Part shown: positions 1 through 7,653 of the stretch, piece by piece
Position numbering within the stretch: the first letter of the stretch is position 1
Layout of the letters: each line of letters opens with the position of its first letter
DNA from: Candidatus Thorarchaeota archaeon
GTDB taxonomy: Archaea > Asgardarchaeota > Thorarchaeia > Thorarchaeales > Thorarchaeaceae
Length of the DNA stretch: 27,630 nt
Reading direction: 5' to 3'
Assembly: GCA_016839605.1 (NCBI GenBank)
Contig: JAEOTX010000071.1
Span: 1-27,630 of the forward strand
Notes under the pieces: model-generated
Told to the model about the DNA's origin: nothing
What the model saw: the letters and a program-made list of their open reading frames with translations, nothing else
Database searches by the model: none
Program-made: the position numbers and the translations under genes

Positions 1-15
1 ACGGGAGGCTGAGAA

Positions 16-762
16 ATGAGCAAGTTTCTTGAAGATGTAAGGTTTTACGGATTAGTCGCACTGTCAATTACTCTAATTGCTTTTGCCATTTTTGTGCGTA
101 CTTATGATGAGACTATCAGCTTGTACGTACTAGGCGGATCACTGGTCATTATAGCCTTCATGAGCTATCTACTCTATGGACCACCAGCTACTGCTCCTGA
201 CAGTAGAAAACCGCGAAAGAAGAAAACGGAAGAAGAACCCAAACCGAGACCAGCTGAAGAACCCAAACCGAAACTAGCTGAAGAACCCAAACCGAAGCCT
301 AGATCGAAACCAAAGGCAGATGACAAGCATGCAGAAAGACATACTCCAGAAGTTGTTCTACCCACGGTCAGTCTCAGAGAACTGCCTATTGAAACGATAG
401 AAGGAATCGGCGAGAAATATGGTAAGATGCTTCGAGCAAAGGGAATCGATTCTGTTGACGATTTGATCAATGCTGATCCAGTGAGAATAGCTGAGATCAC
501 CGATGTTGGTCTTTCAGTTTCCAAGAGATGGATTGCTATGAGCCGGTTTGCTTGGCTTGATGGCATATCTGAAGAAGATGCTGAAGCAATCGTGTTTGCT
601 ACCGGGATAAAGACCGTCAAAGCACTTGCCAGAGCAAATCCTGCGGATCTACTTGATAAAATTGAGAAAGCAGTAGCCTCTGGTGATGTTCGAATCCCCG
701 CAGGTTATGAGTTCACAATTGAGATGGCGGAGAAGTGGGTAGAATCAGCAAGAAACGCATAG
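16..762 (+). CDS. Membrane-anchored DUF4332-type helix-hairpin-helix protein (2 N-terminal TM helices, Pro/Lys/Glu linker, tandem HhH domain)
   Basis: Two hydrophobic segments at about aa 10-28 and 34-54; EEPKP-repeat linker; C-terminal IEGIGEKYGKMLRAKGIDSVDDL and LDGISEEDAEAIVFATGIKTVKALA HhH pair typical of DUF4332; GGAGG RBS upstream. Confidence 0.75.
   Translation: MSKFLEDVRFYGLVALSITLIAFAIFVRTYDETISLYVLGGSLVIIAFMSYLLYGPPATAPDSRKPRKKKTEEEPKPRPAEEPKPKLAEEPKPKPRSKPKADDKHAERHTPEVVLPTVSLRELPIETIEGIGEKYGKMLRAKGIDSVDDLINADPVRIAEITDVGLSVSKRWIAMSRFAWLDGISEEDAEAIVFATGIKTVKALARANPADLLDKIEKAVASGDVRIPAGYEFTIEMAEKWVESARNA
232..300 (+). repeat. In-frame 24-bp tandem repeat (about 2.8 copies, GAAGAACCCAAACCG core) encoding EEPKPRPA/EEPKPKLA/EEPKPKP
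   Basis: GAAGAACCCAAACCG occurs at 232, 256 and 280. Confidence 0.9.
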
Positions 763-781
763 GCTGAGTCCAGTTGTGCAT

Positions 782-1852
782 TTAGTCCGCTCTTCCTCTT
801 TGGACTAAGATTATGGCTTCAACAAGGGCAACAAGTCCAAAGACACCTGAGAGCATCAGAAGCGCAAGATTCAGAGTGGTTCCTGTTGCTCCTGGTCCTT
901 CAGCCTCTAGCCCAGCTGACAAGGCTCCAAGGTTGTAGGTCATGAGCGCGATATAGTCCTCGAGGTCTTCAAAGAAGATTGCTCTGCACCATACAAGTGG
1001 TAGATCATAGTCTTCTGCAAGTTGCTGAGCATACTCTCCTCCTGCTTGTAGCCTCGCAACATCCGACCCGAGAATCAGACTCACATCCCCTGCACGAATG
1101 GCGTCTTGTACCTCAAGAAGTTCAGTCCCCGAGATGAGGACTTGGTCTACCTGAAGAACTGCCTCTACTTCGATTTCAAAGGCTTCTGCAATATATGCCT
1201 CAGCTGGAGTCACTACAATCGCATGCATCTGTGAAAATGAATAATCTCCATCCGCTGAGCTTACAAGCTCCAGGAACGCCTGAACATCCTCAGTGAACCT
1301 GTCAAAGTTATCTTGCCAAATTGAAGAAAAGCTCGCGTTGAGTGTAGAGAACGCGGAACGAGTTGCGTTGGCTATCGCAATTGCGTTTCCAGGTAACAAC
1401 CACCAAGCATGTGGGTTGCCTTCGTGCTCATGCTGCGCAATCAGACTTCCCTCTGCATGGTCGCCTGGCATTTCAGAGAGCCTTGCACCGAAGTCCTCAT
1501 AGCTCTCCAGCGCTAGATCGTCATCCAACGTGAGATAAGGGGTGTCTATAACTTCCACCAAGTCCTCTTCCCATGGGAAGTGCCCAGTCAGCACCAAAAG
1601 GTCTGCAGCCTCTGCAGCAGCAACAGCTTCAGGTGAGAGGGATGCCGCATGCGGTTCAATGCCCTCTGAAAGCATTACCGTTGTTTCGATATATGTACCT
1701 CCAATCTCGTTGACAAGTCCAGCTAGGGGTGCAATCGAGACCGCAATTTCCAAGACTGGCTGTGACTGAGCCCTCGTTGCTGGTACCATACCAACAGCGG
1801 ACATAATGACAATCAATCCCAGAAATGCCAACGAGATTTCCTTTCTCTTCAT
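782..1852 (-). CDS. znuA: Metal ABC transporter substrate-binding protein, ZnuA/TroA (cluster A-I) family, with C-terminal TM anchor
   Basis: Signal peptide; VSIAPLAGLVNEIGG, GIEPH, ADLLV, short His-rich loop (HAEG..QHEHE), NPHAWW; C-terminal hydrophobic helix followed by RGR. The metal specificity is uncertain. Confidence 0.85.
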   Translation of the reverse strand: MKRKEISLAFLGLIVIMSAVGMVPATRAQSQPVLEIAVSIAPLAGLVNEIGGTYIETTVMLSEGIEPHAASLSPEAVAAAEAADLLVLTGHFPWEEDLVEVIDTPYLTLDDDLALESYEDFGARLSEMPGDHAEGSLIAQHEHEGNPHAWWLLPGNAIAIANATRSAFSTLNASFSSIWQDNFDRFTEDVQAFLELVSSADGDYSFSQMHAIVVTPAEAYIAEAFEIEVEAVLQVDQVLISGTELLEVQDAIRAGDVSLILGSDVARLQAGGEYAQQLAEDYDLPLVWCRAIFFEDLEDYIALMTYNLGALSAGLEAEGPGATGTTLNLALLMLSGVFGLVALVEAIILVQRGRAD

Positions 1853-1921
1853 CCAATCACCTGCTGGACCTATGCCCAGCTTTGCAGAGGGTCAATCCCT
1901 TGTAATGGAACATATCCGTAG

Positions 1922-1951
1922 ATTATTAAGTATTGTTAAATAACTAATAAT
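1922..1951. promoter_or_regulatory. Candidate NikR-type operator ATTATTA-N16-TAATAAT in the divergent znuA/nikR promoter
   Basis: Perfect 7-bp inverted repeat at 1922-1928 and 1945-1951 with a 16-bp spacer, the spacing of the E. coli NikR operator (GTATGA-N16-TCATAC). It ends 11 bp before the regulator's start codon. Confidence 0.65.
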
Positions 1952-1962
1952 GAATCACTGAG

Positions 1963-2364
1963 GTGAGGAACATACCAATAGTTGCTATTTCAATGCCTGA
2001 TGAGGATTTAGCCAAGCTTGAACATCTCCAGAGAGAGGGAGGCTTCTCCAATAGGTCTGAAGTTGTGAGACATGCTCTTCAATCTCTGCTAGAAGAACAT
2101 CGACGCATGGAAGGATATTCAGGAGATGTCACCCTAGTTGTGACTACAATGATTGCACCTGGAGGGAAGGGCAATCAGTTGAGCAAGATTCAGCATATGC
2201 ATAACCGCCTCATCTCTGCGATGATGCATGCACATTCAAGGGATGGAGCGTGTGTTGAGATCATGGTTGTCAATGGGGAGGCAAATGAAGCGAGGCAGTT
2301 TGTTCAGAAAGTAAGGGCTCTGAAACAGGTAGTTAGGGTTCAGGTCAGTCTTGCAGGAAAGTGA
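1963..2364 (+). CDS. nikR: NikR-family ribbon-helix-helix metalloregulator
   Basis: N-terminal RHH (IVAISMP...GFSNRSEVVRHAL); C-terminal ACT-like domain with QH...HAH.....C, matching the NikR His76/His87/His89/Cys95 ligand pattern. Confidence 0.85.
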   Translation: MRNIPIVAISMPDEDLAKLEHLQREGGFSNRSEVVRHALQSLLEEHRRMEGYSGDVTLVVTTMIAPGGKGNQLSKIQHMHNRLISAMMHAHSRDGACVEIMVVNGEANEARQFVQKVRALKQVVRVQVSLAGK

Positions 2365-2370
2365 TTGCCA

Positions 2371-3171
2371 ATGTCAGCACCACTAATCGAGGCAGAGAAC
2401 CTTGCGGTTAGATATCCCGATGGTGAGATCGCGCTGCATCATGTGAGCTTCAAAGTGGAATCACCTACATTCATGGCAATAATCGGACCAAATGGATCCG
2501 GCAAGAGTACGCTGCTAAAGACCATATTAGGTCTCATGAAACCGATGAGAGGACATGTCAATCTTATGGGATATGACTCAGAGAAAGAGCATTCAAAGAT
2601 CAGAAGGTTGGTTCGTTATGTGCCTCAGCGTGATCGAATTGGACTTAACGTTCCAATGAAGGTCAAGGATGTGGTTCTCATGGGGCGGTTACTGAAGAAG
2701 CCACTGCCGAGGCTAGCTTCAGAAAAGGATGAGATGATTGCGCGCAATGCTTTGGTTCACGTTGCTATGGAGGATTATTGGGAACGCCCGTTTCCTGAGC
2801 TCTCCGGAGGACAAAGACAGCGAGTTTTGGTTGCGCGTGCCTTAGCAGGTGAGGGGCAAGTCCTGATGCTTGATGAACCGCTGGCGGGTACCGATATGGA
2901 GAGTCAAGAGCTCATAGTTGAAGCTCTTGATCAATATCATCGAGACAATGACGTCAGTGTAATCATGGTTACTCATGATTTGAACCCAATACACACCTTA
3001 GTACGTGATGTACTCATGCTGAAGAATACGGTCGTTGGTGTCGGTACTCCGTGTGATGTAATGGATCCCGCTCTAGTGCAAAAGCTCTACGGTCCTACTG
3101 CAAAGATAGTTGAGCATTCAGGCCATCGCTATTGTTTGACGCGCGATACAGGAGCGGATAGGCATGATTGA
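2371..3171 (+). CDS. znuC: Metal ABC transporter ATP-binding protein (ZnuC/MntA type)
   Basis: Walker A GPNGSGKST, Q-loop YVPQ, signature LSGGQRQR, Walker B LMLDEP, H-loop VTHD. ATG at 2371 preferred over TTG at 2365. Confidence 0.92.
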   Translation: MSAPLIEAENLAVRYPDGEIALHHVSFKVESPTFMAIIGPNGSGKSTLLKTILGLMKPMRGHVNLMGYDSEKEHSKIRRLVRYVPQRDRIGLNVPMKVKDVVLMGRLLKKPLPRLASEKDEMIARNALVHVAMEDYWERPFPELSGGQRQRVLVARALAGEGQVLMLDEPLAGTDMESQELIVEALDQYHRDNDVSVIMVTHDLNPIHTLVRDVLMLKNTVVGVGTPCDVMDPALVQKLYGPTAKIVEHSGHRYCLTRDTGADRHD

Positions 3172-4105
3172 TGCTATTCTCCTGATACTTGAAAGTCCGT
3201 TCATCCAGAGAGCAATCATTGGAGCTCTAATGATTGCGGTGGTTGCCTCAACAAGCGGGAGCTTCTTGGTCTTCAGGGGTCTCTCATTCATGACCGCCGG
3301 TGTTGCACATGCGGCTCTAGGAGGGGCTGCTTTGGGTCTCTTTTTGCAGGCGTCTGGTATTGCTCCATGGTTTGATCCAATGCTTGGCGCATTGATCTTC
3401 GCTGTCTTTGTGGCTTTGGTGACAGGTTATGCGGGTGAAACTGGCATTGGTGAAAAGATGGAAGTAGCAGTAGGTGTTTCATTCGCATTGTCAATGAGTC
3501 TTGCTGTCTTTCTGATGTACTATATACCTCCGGTGCAAGTTCCAAGCATTTGGGGTTATTTAGTTGGTGACCTCCTTCTTCTAGACAATTTGGATATCGT
3601 GATGCTATCAGGGACTGCTCTTCTGTTGCTTATCACTACTATTCTGTTCAACAAGGAGTTCATCTATGTAAGTGTCGACATGGAGGGTTCTACAGCACAT
3701 GGACTGAATGCCAGAGCTTACCATTACCTCATGTTGATCACTTCGGCACTAGCTATTGCATTGGCTACCAAAGCTGTAGGTGCCATTCTAGTCTATGCCA
3801 TTCTTGTCGCACCCGCAGCAGCATCAAATGAGTTGCTGAGCTCAGTTCGTGGAGTTCTTGTCGCGGTGTTCTTCATCGCCCTGATATCTCAGTTTGCTGG
3901 AATTGCCCTCTCTTTGTCAGTCCGGACTTCGCCCAGTGCAGTGGCTGGAATCCTGGCTGCCCTTTCCTATGTAATTGCTTTGCAAATCAAAAAGATGCGG
4001 GACCGTGTCCATATTGATGAAGAATTAGAGGAGCTGCTTAAGATGGACGCTAACGAAGCCCAACATGTTCACACTGAGAGTCATGCACATGATCATGAAC
4101 ACTAG
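3164..4105 (+). CDS. znuB: Metal ABC transporter permease (ZnuB/ABC-3 family) with His-rich C-terminal tail
   Basis: FIQRA, GSFLVFRGLSFMTAGVAHAALGG, YLVGDLL and VGAILVYAILVAPAAA motifs; overlaps znuC by 8 nt; tail HVHTESHAHDHEH. Confidence 0.92.
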   Translation: MIDAILLILESPFIQRAIIGALMIAVVASTSGSFLVFRGLSFMTAGVAHAALGGAALGLFLQASGIAPWFDPMLGALIFAVFVALVTGYAGETGIGEKMEVAVGVSFALSMSLAVFLMYYIPPVQVPSIWGYLVGDLLLLDNLDIVMLSGTALLLLITTILFNKEFIYVSVDMEGSTAHGLNARAYHYLMLITSALAIALATKAVGAILVYAILVAPAAASNELLSSVRGVLVAVFFIALISQFAGIALSLSVRTSPSAVAGILAALSYVIALQIKKMRDRVHIDEELEELLKMDANEAQHVHTESHAHDHEH

Positions 4106-4116
4106 AATGTTTCCTG

Positions 4117-4560
4117 TTAGGGGAACATGTCGAGAAGTATACGCATAGCACCTTCCACAAACTTTGGGCATATCTTCTCGAAGTGTCCTTTGTCAAGGGC
4201 TGCTTGGAGCTGTTTTGGATCCGCCATATCTACTCCTACCAATTCATTACACATCTGAGAAGAGAATTCTTCTCTGAATCTCTTGAGAAACTTCATTGTC
4301 ACTCGATAGGTTTCATTCTTGCTTTTCCCCAGATTTGATATTGTCTGGCCGGTGAGCATTCCTATAGCGAGTACACCGCCTGTGGCTGCGCCGCATGTTT
4401 TTCCTTGAAGACCAACTCCTCCTCCAAGGCCGGCTGCTAAATGAACCGCCTCCTTGAATGCTAATCCTTTATGTTCTAAGAAAGAATACAGGACAGATTG
4501 CGCACAATTATGGTCATCTGTGAAACGTGCTAATGCACCATCAATGACTTTCTGACTCAT
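4117..4560 (-). CDS. C_GCAxxG_C_C family putative redox/metal-binding protein
   Basis: HNCAQSV, GLGGG...TCGAATGG, MCNELVG, ICPKFV: the complete four-Cys pattern of the family. Confidence 0.88.
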   Translation of the reverse strand: MSQKVIDGALARFTDDHNCAQSVLYSFLEHKGLAFKEAVHLAAGLGGGVGLQGKTCGAATGGVLAIGMLTGQTISNLGKSKNETYRVTMKFLKRFREEFSSQMCNELVGVDMADPKQLQAALDKGHFEKICPKFVEGAMRILLDMFP

Positions 4561-4681
4561 AGTGTTTCATTCCCATTTGATTTTGCACGGAACTCGGAGT
4601 GAAAAGCATACTGCTTCTTCCACCAACAACATTAACTGCGCAATACATACTCATGGAGATGTTGGAAGGAGTCAGAAGCCA

Positions 4682-5281
4682 ATGTCCAAACATATCTACA
4701 CGAGAAAAGGCGACAAGGGCAAAACAGGTCTATTATCTGGCGAACGAGTAGGAAAGGATGATCCTCGTGTAGAAGCATACGGTACAGTTGATGAGCTTAT
4801 CACTGTCCTAGGTATTGCAAAGAGCCATCTGGATATTTCATCAGATCCTGTTGCTAAATACATCCATAATATGCAGCAGCTATTGTTCTACGTGGCTGCT
4901 GAACTCGCTACAAATCCTGAGAATGTTGATCCAGATGACAATCTCATGAGCCTGAGGAAGGTGTCGGACAAAGACGTTGCTCAACTCGAGAATATCGCCG
5001 ATGAACTCACAGAGAAACTGCCTCCTCTTACCAACTTCGTGATACCTGGTGGAACTCCTGCTGCAGCTTTCCTTCACCAAGCCCGCACGGTTTGTCGTAG
5101 GGCTGAAAGAAGAGTCATAACTTTCTCCAAGAGTCAGAAGGTGAATCCCGATCTGATTCGCTACTTGAACCGGCTATCAGATCTGTTGTTCGTGATGGCG
5201 AGATACGTGAACCATGAGAAGGGTGATGGGGACTTCATAATCTCTAGAGACGGTGTGTCACGTCAGCCACGTGAAGAATGA
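4682..5281 (+). CDS. pduO: ATP:cob(I)alamin adenosyltransferase, PduO type
   Basis: IYTRKGDKGKTGL, RVEAYGTVDEL, FVIPGG, LHQARTVCRRAER, YLNRLSDLLF. The start is best placed at ATG 4682 (MSKHIYT), downstream of a GGAG. Confidence 0.95.
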   Translation: MSKHIYTRKGDKGKTGLLSGERVGKDDPRVEAYGTVDELITVLGIAKSHLDISSDPVAKYIHNMQQLLFYVAAELATNPENVDPDDNLMSLRKVSDKDVAQLENIADELTEKLPPLTNFVIPGGTPAAAFLHQARTVCRRAERRVITFSKSQKVNPDLIRYLNRLSDLLFVMARYVNHEKGDGDFIISRDGVSRQPREE

Positions 5282-5292
5282 GAGTAATGTGA

Positions 5293-6555
5293 ATGCGATA
5301 CGAATGTGTCAAGGCAAAGTCCCTTCTCTCCAAGCCTCTCAAGGCTGATGGCTGGTTTCATGTCAATCGCACAATGAACGCATATCGGGGCTGTGAACAC
5401 GGCTGTGTATATTGTGATGGCATGTCTGAACACTATCATGTGGACAACTTCATGACTCATATTCGTATCAAGGAGAACGCGCCTGAGGTCCTATACAAGG
5501 AACTCAAGAAGGATGGTTACATTCCTCAGAGTGAGTTGGAGACGGAAACCCTATGGTCGTTCCTTGATGAGGAAGATGCCATGCGTATTGCTCAGAAGGT
5601 TCCCCGTCGGAAAGTGATTGGAGTTTGCGGGGGAGTAAGCGACGGTTACCAGCCAGCAGAAAGGGAGCATGAAGTGACTCGAAGGGTTCTCGAGACCCTC
5701 CTTGATTTTGGTATGCCTACATTTGTGTTAACCAAATCAGACCTCGTACTTAGAGACCTCGAAGTGCTACGAGAGATTAATGAAAGAGCCTTTGTCAATG
5801 CAATGTTCACAATAACTCTCCATGACGAAACTGTCCAGAAGGTGTTCGAACCTCGTGCATCAACCACGTCAGAGCGTTTTAGTGCTCTCAAAGAGGCTCG
5901 AAAAGCGGGCCTGTTAGGAGGAGTCATGGCAACTCCCTTGATTCCTGGGATCGGCGACAGCATCGAGAACATTAGAGGGCTTGCAATAGAAGCCAAGAAA
6001 GCTGGTGCCGAGTTCATCCAATTTGGTGGAATGACGTTAAAACCCGGCAGACAGAAGGATTACTTCCTCAATGTCGTGAAGAAGCAATTCCCGCAGCAGC
6101 TTGAATTGCTCCGCAGCGTCTATGCTGATGACCACCCCTATGGCCAGCCAAACTACAAACGCCTGCCAGTCAGTGTTATGACTCTCGGCTATGCCATCAG
6201 TAAGGAAGTGGGAATCAGAGACCGATCTATCCGAAACAAGATTCCTCATGAACATGATGCGAACAACTTGGTACTAGGTGTTCTCCTGGATATTGTATTC
6301 AGAAGGACAAACAACTTGGGAATGTCATGGAATAAGACTAAGCCATTCTACGAGCTCGCAGCTCGAATAGAGCGTGGTGTTGAGGACATCAATCTTGTCA
6401 GAGAGCGCGGTGAATTGGACGAATATCTTCACATTGACACAGAGATGGCTGAAACAGTAGAGGAAATCCTCGACAAGGGCACCTGTCAAGTCCTTGAGGA
6501 GATTGAGGGCCGCTTGGACGAATATTCCCAAAAGGTAATGGAATCGTTACCCTGA
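5293..6555 (+). CDS. SPL/SplB-like (Rv2578c-type) radical SAM protein with C-terminal PolX 8-kDa (HhH_8)-like extension
   Basis: NAYRGCEHGCVYC (CxxxCxxC), SDGYQPAE, LTKSDLVLRD, FEPRASTTSERF, PLIPGI. The last ~100 aa resemble the PolX N-terminal domain. Confidence 0.85.
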   Translation: MRYECVKAKSLLSKPLKADGWFHVNRTMNAYRGCEHGCVYCDGMSEHYHVDNFMTHIRIKENAPEVLYKELKKDGYIPQSELETETLWSFLDEEDAMRIAQKVPRRKVIGVCGGVSDGYQPAEREHEVTRRVLETLLDFGMPTFVLTKSDLVLRDLEVLREINERAFVNAMFTITLHDETVQKVFEPRASTTSERFSALKEARKAGLLGGVMATPLIPGIGDSIENIRGLAIEAKKAGAEFIQFGGMTLKPGRQKDYFLNVVKKQFPQQLELLRSVYADDHPYGQPNYKRLPVSVMTLGYAISKEVGIRDRSIRNKIPHEHDANNLVLGVLLDIVFRRTNNLGMSWNKTKPFYELAARIERGVEDINLVRERGELDEYLHIDTEMAETVEEILDKGTCQVLEEIEGRLDEYSQKVMESLP

Positions 6556-6621
6556 TGGCAACTGCTTTTGTACGAAACAGCTTTCCGATATTTGGAGATG
6601 AAAGGGAAATCAAATCAGTTC

Positions 6622-7332
6622 CTATCTCTTGCCAGGCATCAAGTGTACGAGGTCAATATTGCTTGTTTCAGCCTGGTCGATGATTAATCGTGCTGCCTTT
6701 GCAACATCTCGAGCTGAAAGCATTGTTGACCGATCAACGTCCTTGCCATCAAACCAAGGGGTGTCCACCGATCCAGGGTTTATTGTGGCTGCCTTGACAA
6801 GTGTGCCCTTGAGTTCATCCCTCAGTGACCAGACCATTGCTTGAACTGCATGCTTGGTTGCTGCATATATGCTTGCTCTGGCTGAGGTCTTCAAGCCTAG
6901 ATTCGATGAAGTGACTATTATCTGTCCCCCATTCTTAGACTTCATCTCTGGCAGAACCTTTCGCAGCCAGAGGAAAACTCCTCGGACATTTGTATTGAAC
7001 TGCTCGTCATATTGCTGAATGCTCAGGGTTTCCAGATTGCCAAAATGACCAACACCTGCATTTGCCACAAAGACATCCACTGTGCCAAGGGTCTGTTGAA
7101 TTTTGGAGTATAAGGTATCTACCGCTCCTTCTTCAGAAACATCTCCGATGCCGATGACTGCTTTGGCACCAAGTCCTTCTACTTCTTTCTGTACGTCTTC
7201 AAGCCGTTCTCGATTGCGACCCATAAGGAAAAATGAATGTCCATCAGGTGCCATTTCGAGCGCAATCTCACGACCTATACCACTGGAAGCCCCAGTTATC
7301 ACAATGGTTTTGGCATTGCTGTCATTCTTCAT
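6622..7332 (-). CDS. Short-chain dehydrogenase/reductase (classical SDR)
   Basis: TGASSGIG, VANAG, catalytic S and YAATK, INPGSVDT. Confidence 0.93.
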   Translation of the reverse strand: MKNDSNAKTIVITGASSGIGREIALEMAPDGHSFFLMGRNRERLEDVQKEVEGLGAKAVIGIGDVSEEGAVDTLYSKIQQTLGTVDVFVANAGVGHFGNLETLSIQQYDEQFNTNVRGVFLWLRKVLPEMKSKNGGQIIVTSSNLGLKTSARASIYAATKHAVQAMVWSLRDELKGTLVKAATINPGSVDTPWFDGKDVDRSTMLSARDVAKAARLIIDQAETSNIDLVHLMPGKR

Positions 7333-7396
7333 TCTTGTTCAATCCGATTTGGCAACTCAAGAGGACATAAAGCGTTGCGGTATGACCGTCAGAGTT

Positions 7397-7525
7397 CTAG
7401 AAGACCCAGATGGGCAAGCTCTCTACGTCATCATCCATCATCTTCTTAGCCTCAGACTTCTGAGAGCTGAGCTCTTCCTCTGGTTCATCGAGAGTTTTCT
7501 CCGAGTCGCCTTGGACTGATTTCAT
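7397..7525 (-). CDS. Putative 42-aa acidic small protein (MKSVQGDSEK...DDDVESLPIWVF)
   Basis: ATG at 7525 with GGTG about 10 nt upstream; lies in the SDR-pirin gap on the same strand as SDR; no family recognised. Confidence 0.4.
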   Translation of the reverse strand: MKSVQGDSEKTLDEPEEELSSQKSEAKKMMDDDVESLPIWVF

Positions 7526-7653
7526 AGACTTTGTACACCAAGAACTCTCTGAAGAAGATGCATCTCGGAAGGGCCGAGTAACACTTAGCCTGCTATTCCT
7601 CAATCCTTTTAGCCTAACTAAACGATAGTTATGAAGTTACAGAATAAGGTGTC

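Noticed and set aside
232-300. Short direct repeats as a possible CRISPR array
   Set aside because: 24-bp period, in-frame within a CDS, no unique spacers and no cas genes.
174-620. 148-aa minus-strand ORF and the many other short ORFs antisense to or nested in long genes (e.g. 5646-6017, 15498-15929, 16044-16415, 25036-25407)
   Set aside because: Shadow frames of well-supported genes, with Ser/Ile/Phe-biased composition and no motifs.
4562-4681. His-rich N-terminal extension of PduO predicted by the ORF track
   Set aside because: PduO homology begins at MSKHIYT (4682), which has its own GGAG; the extension occupies the divergent promoter region.
7103-7519. 138-aa plus-strand ORF
   Set aside because: Mostly antisense to the SDR gene; no RBS or motif support.
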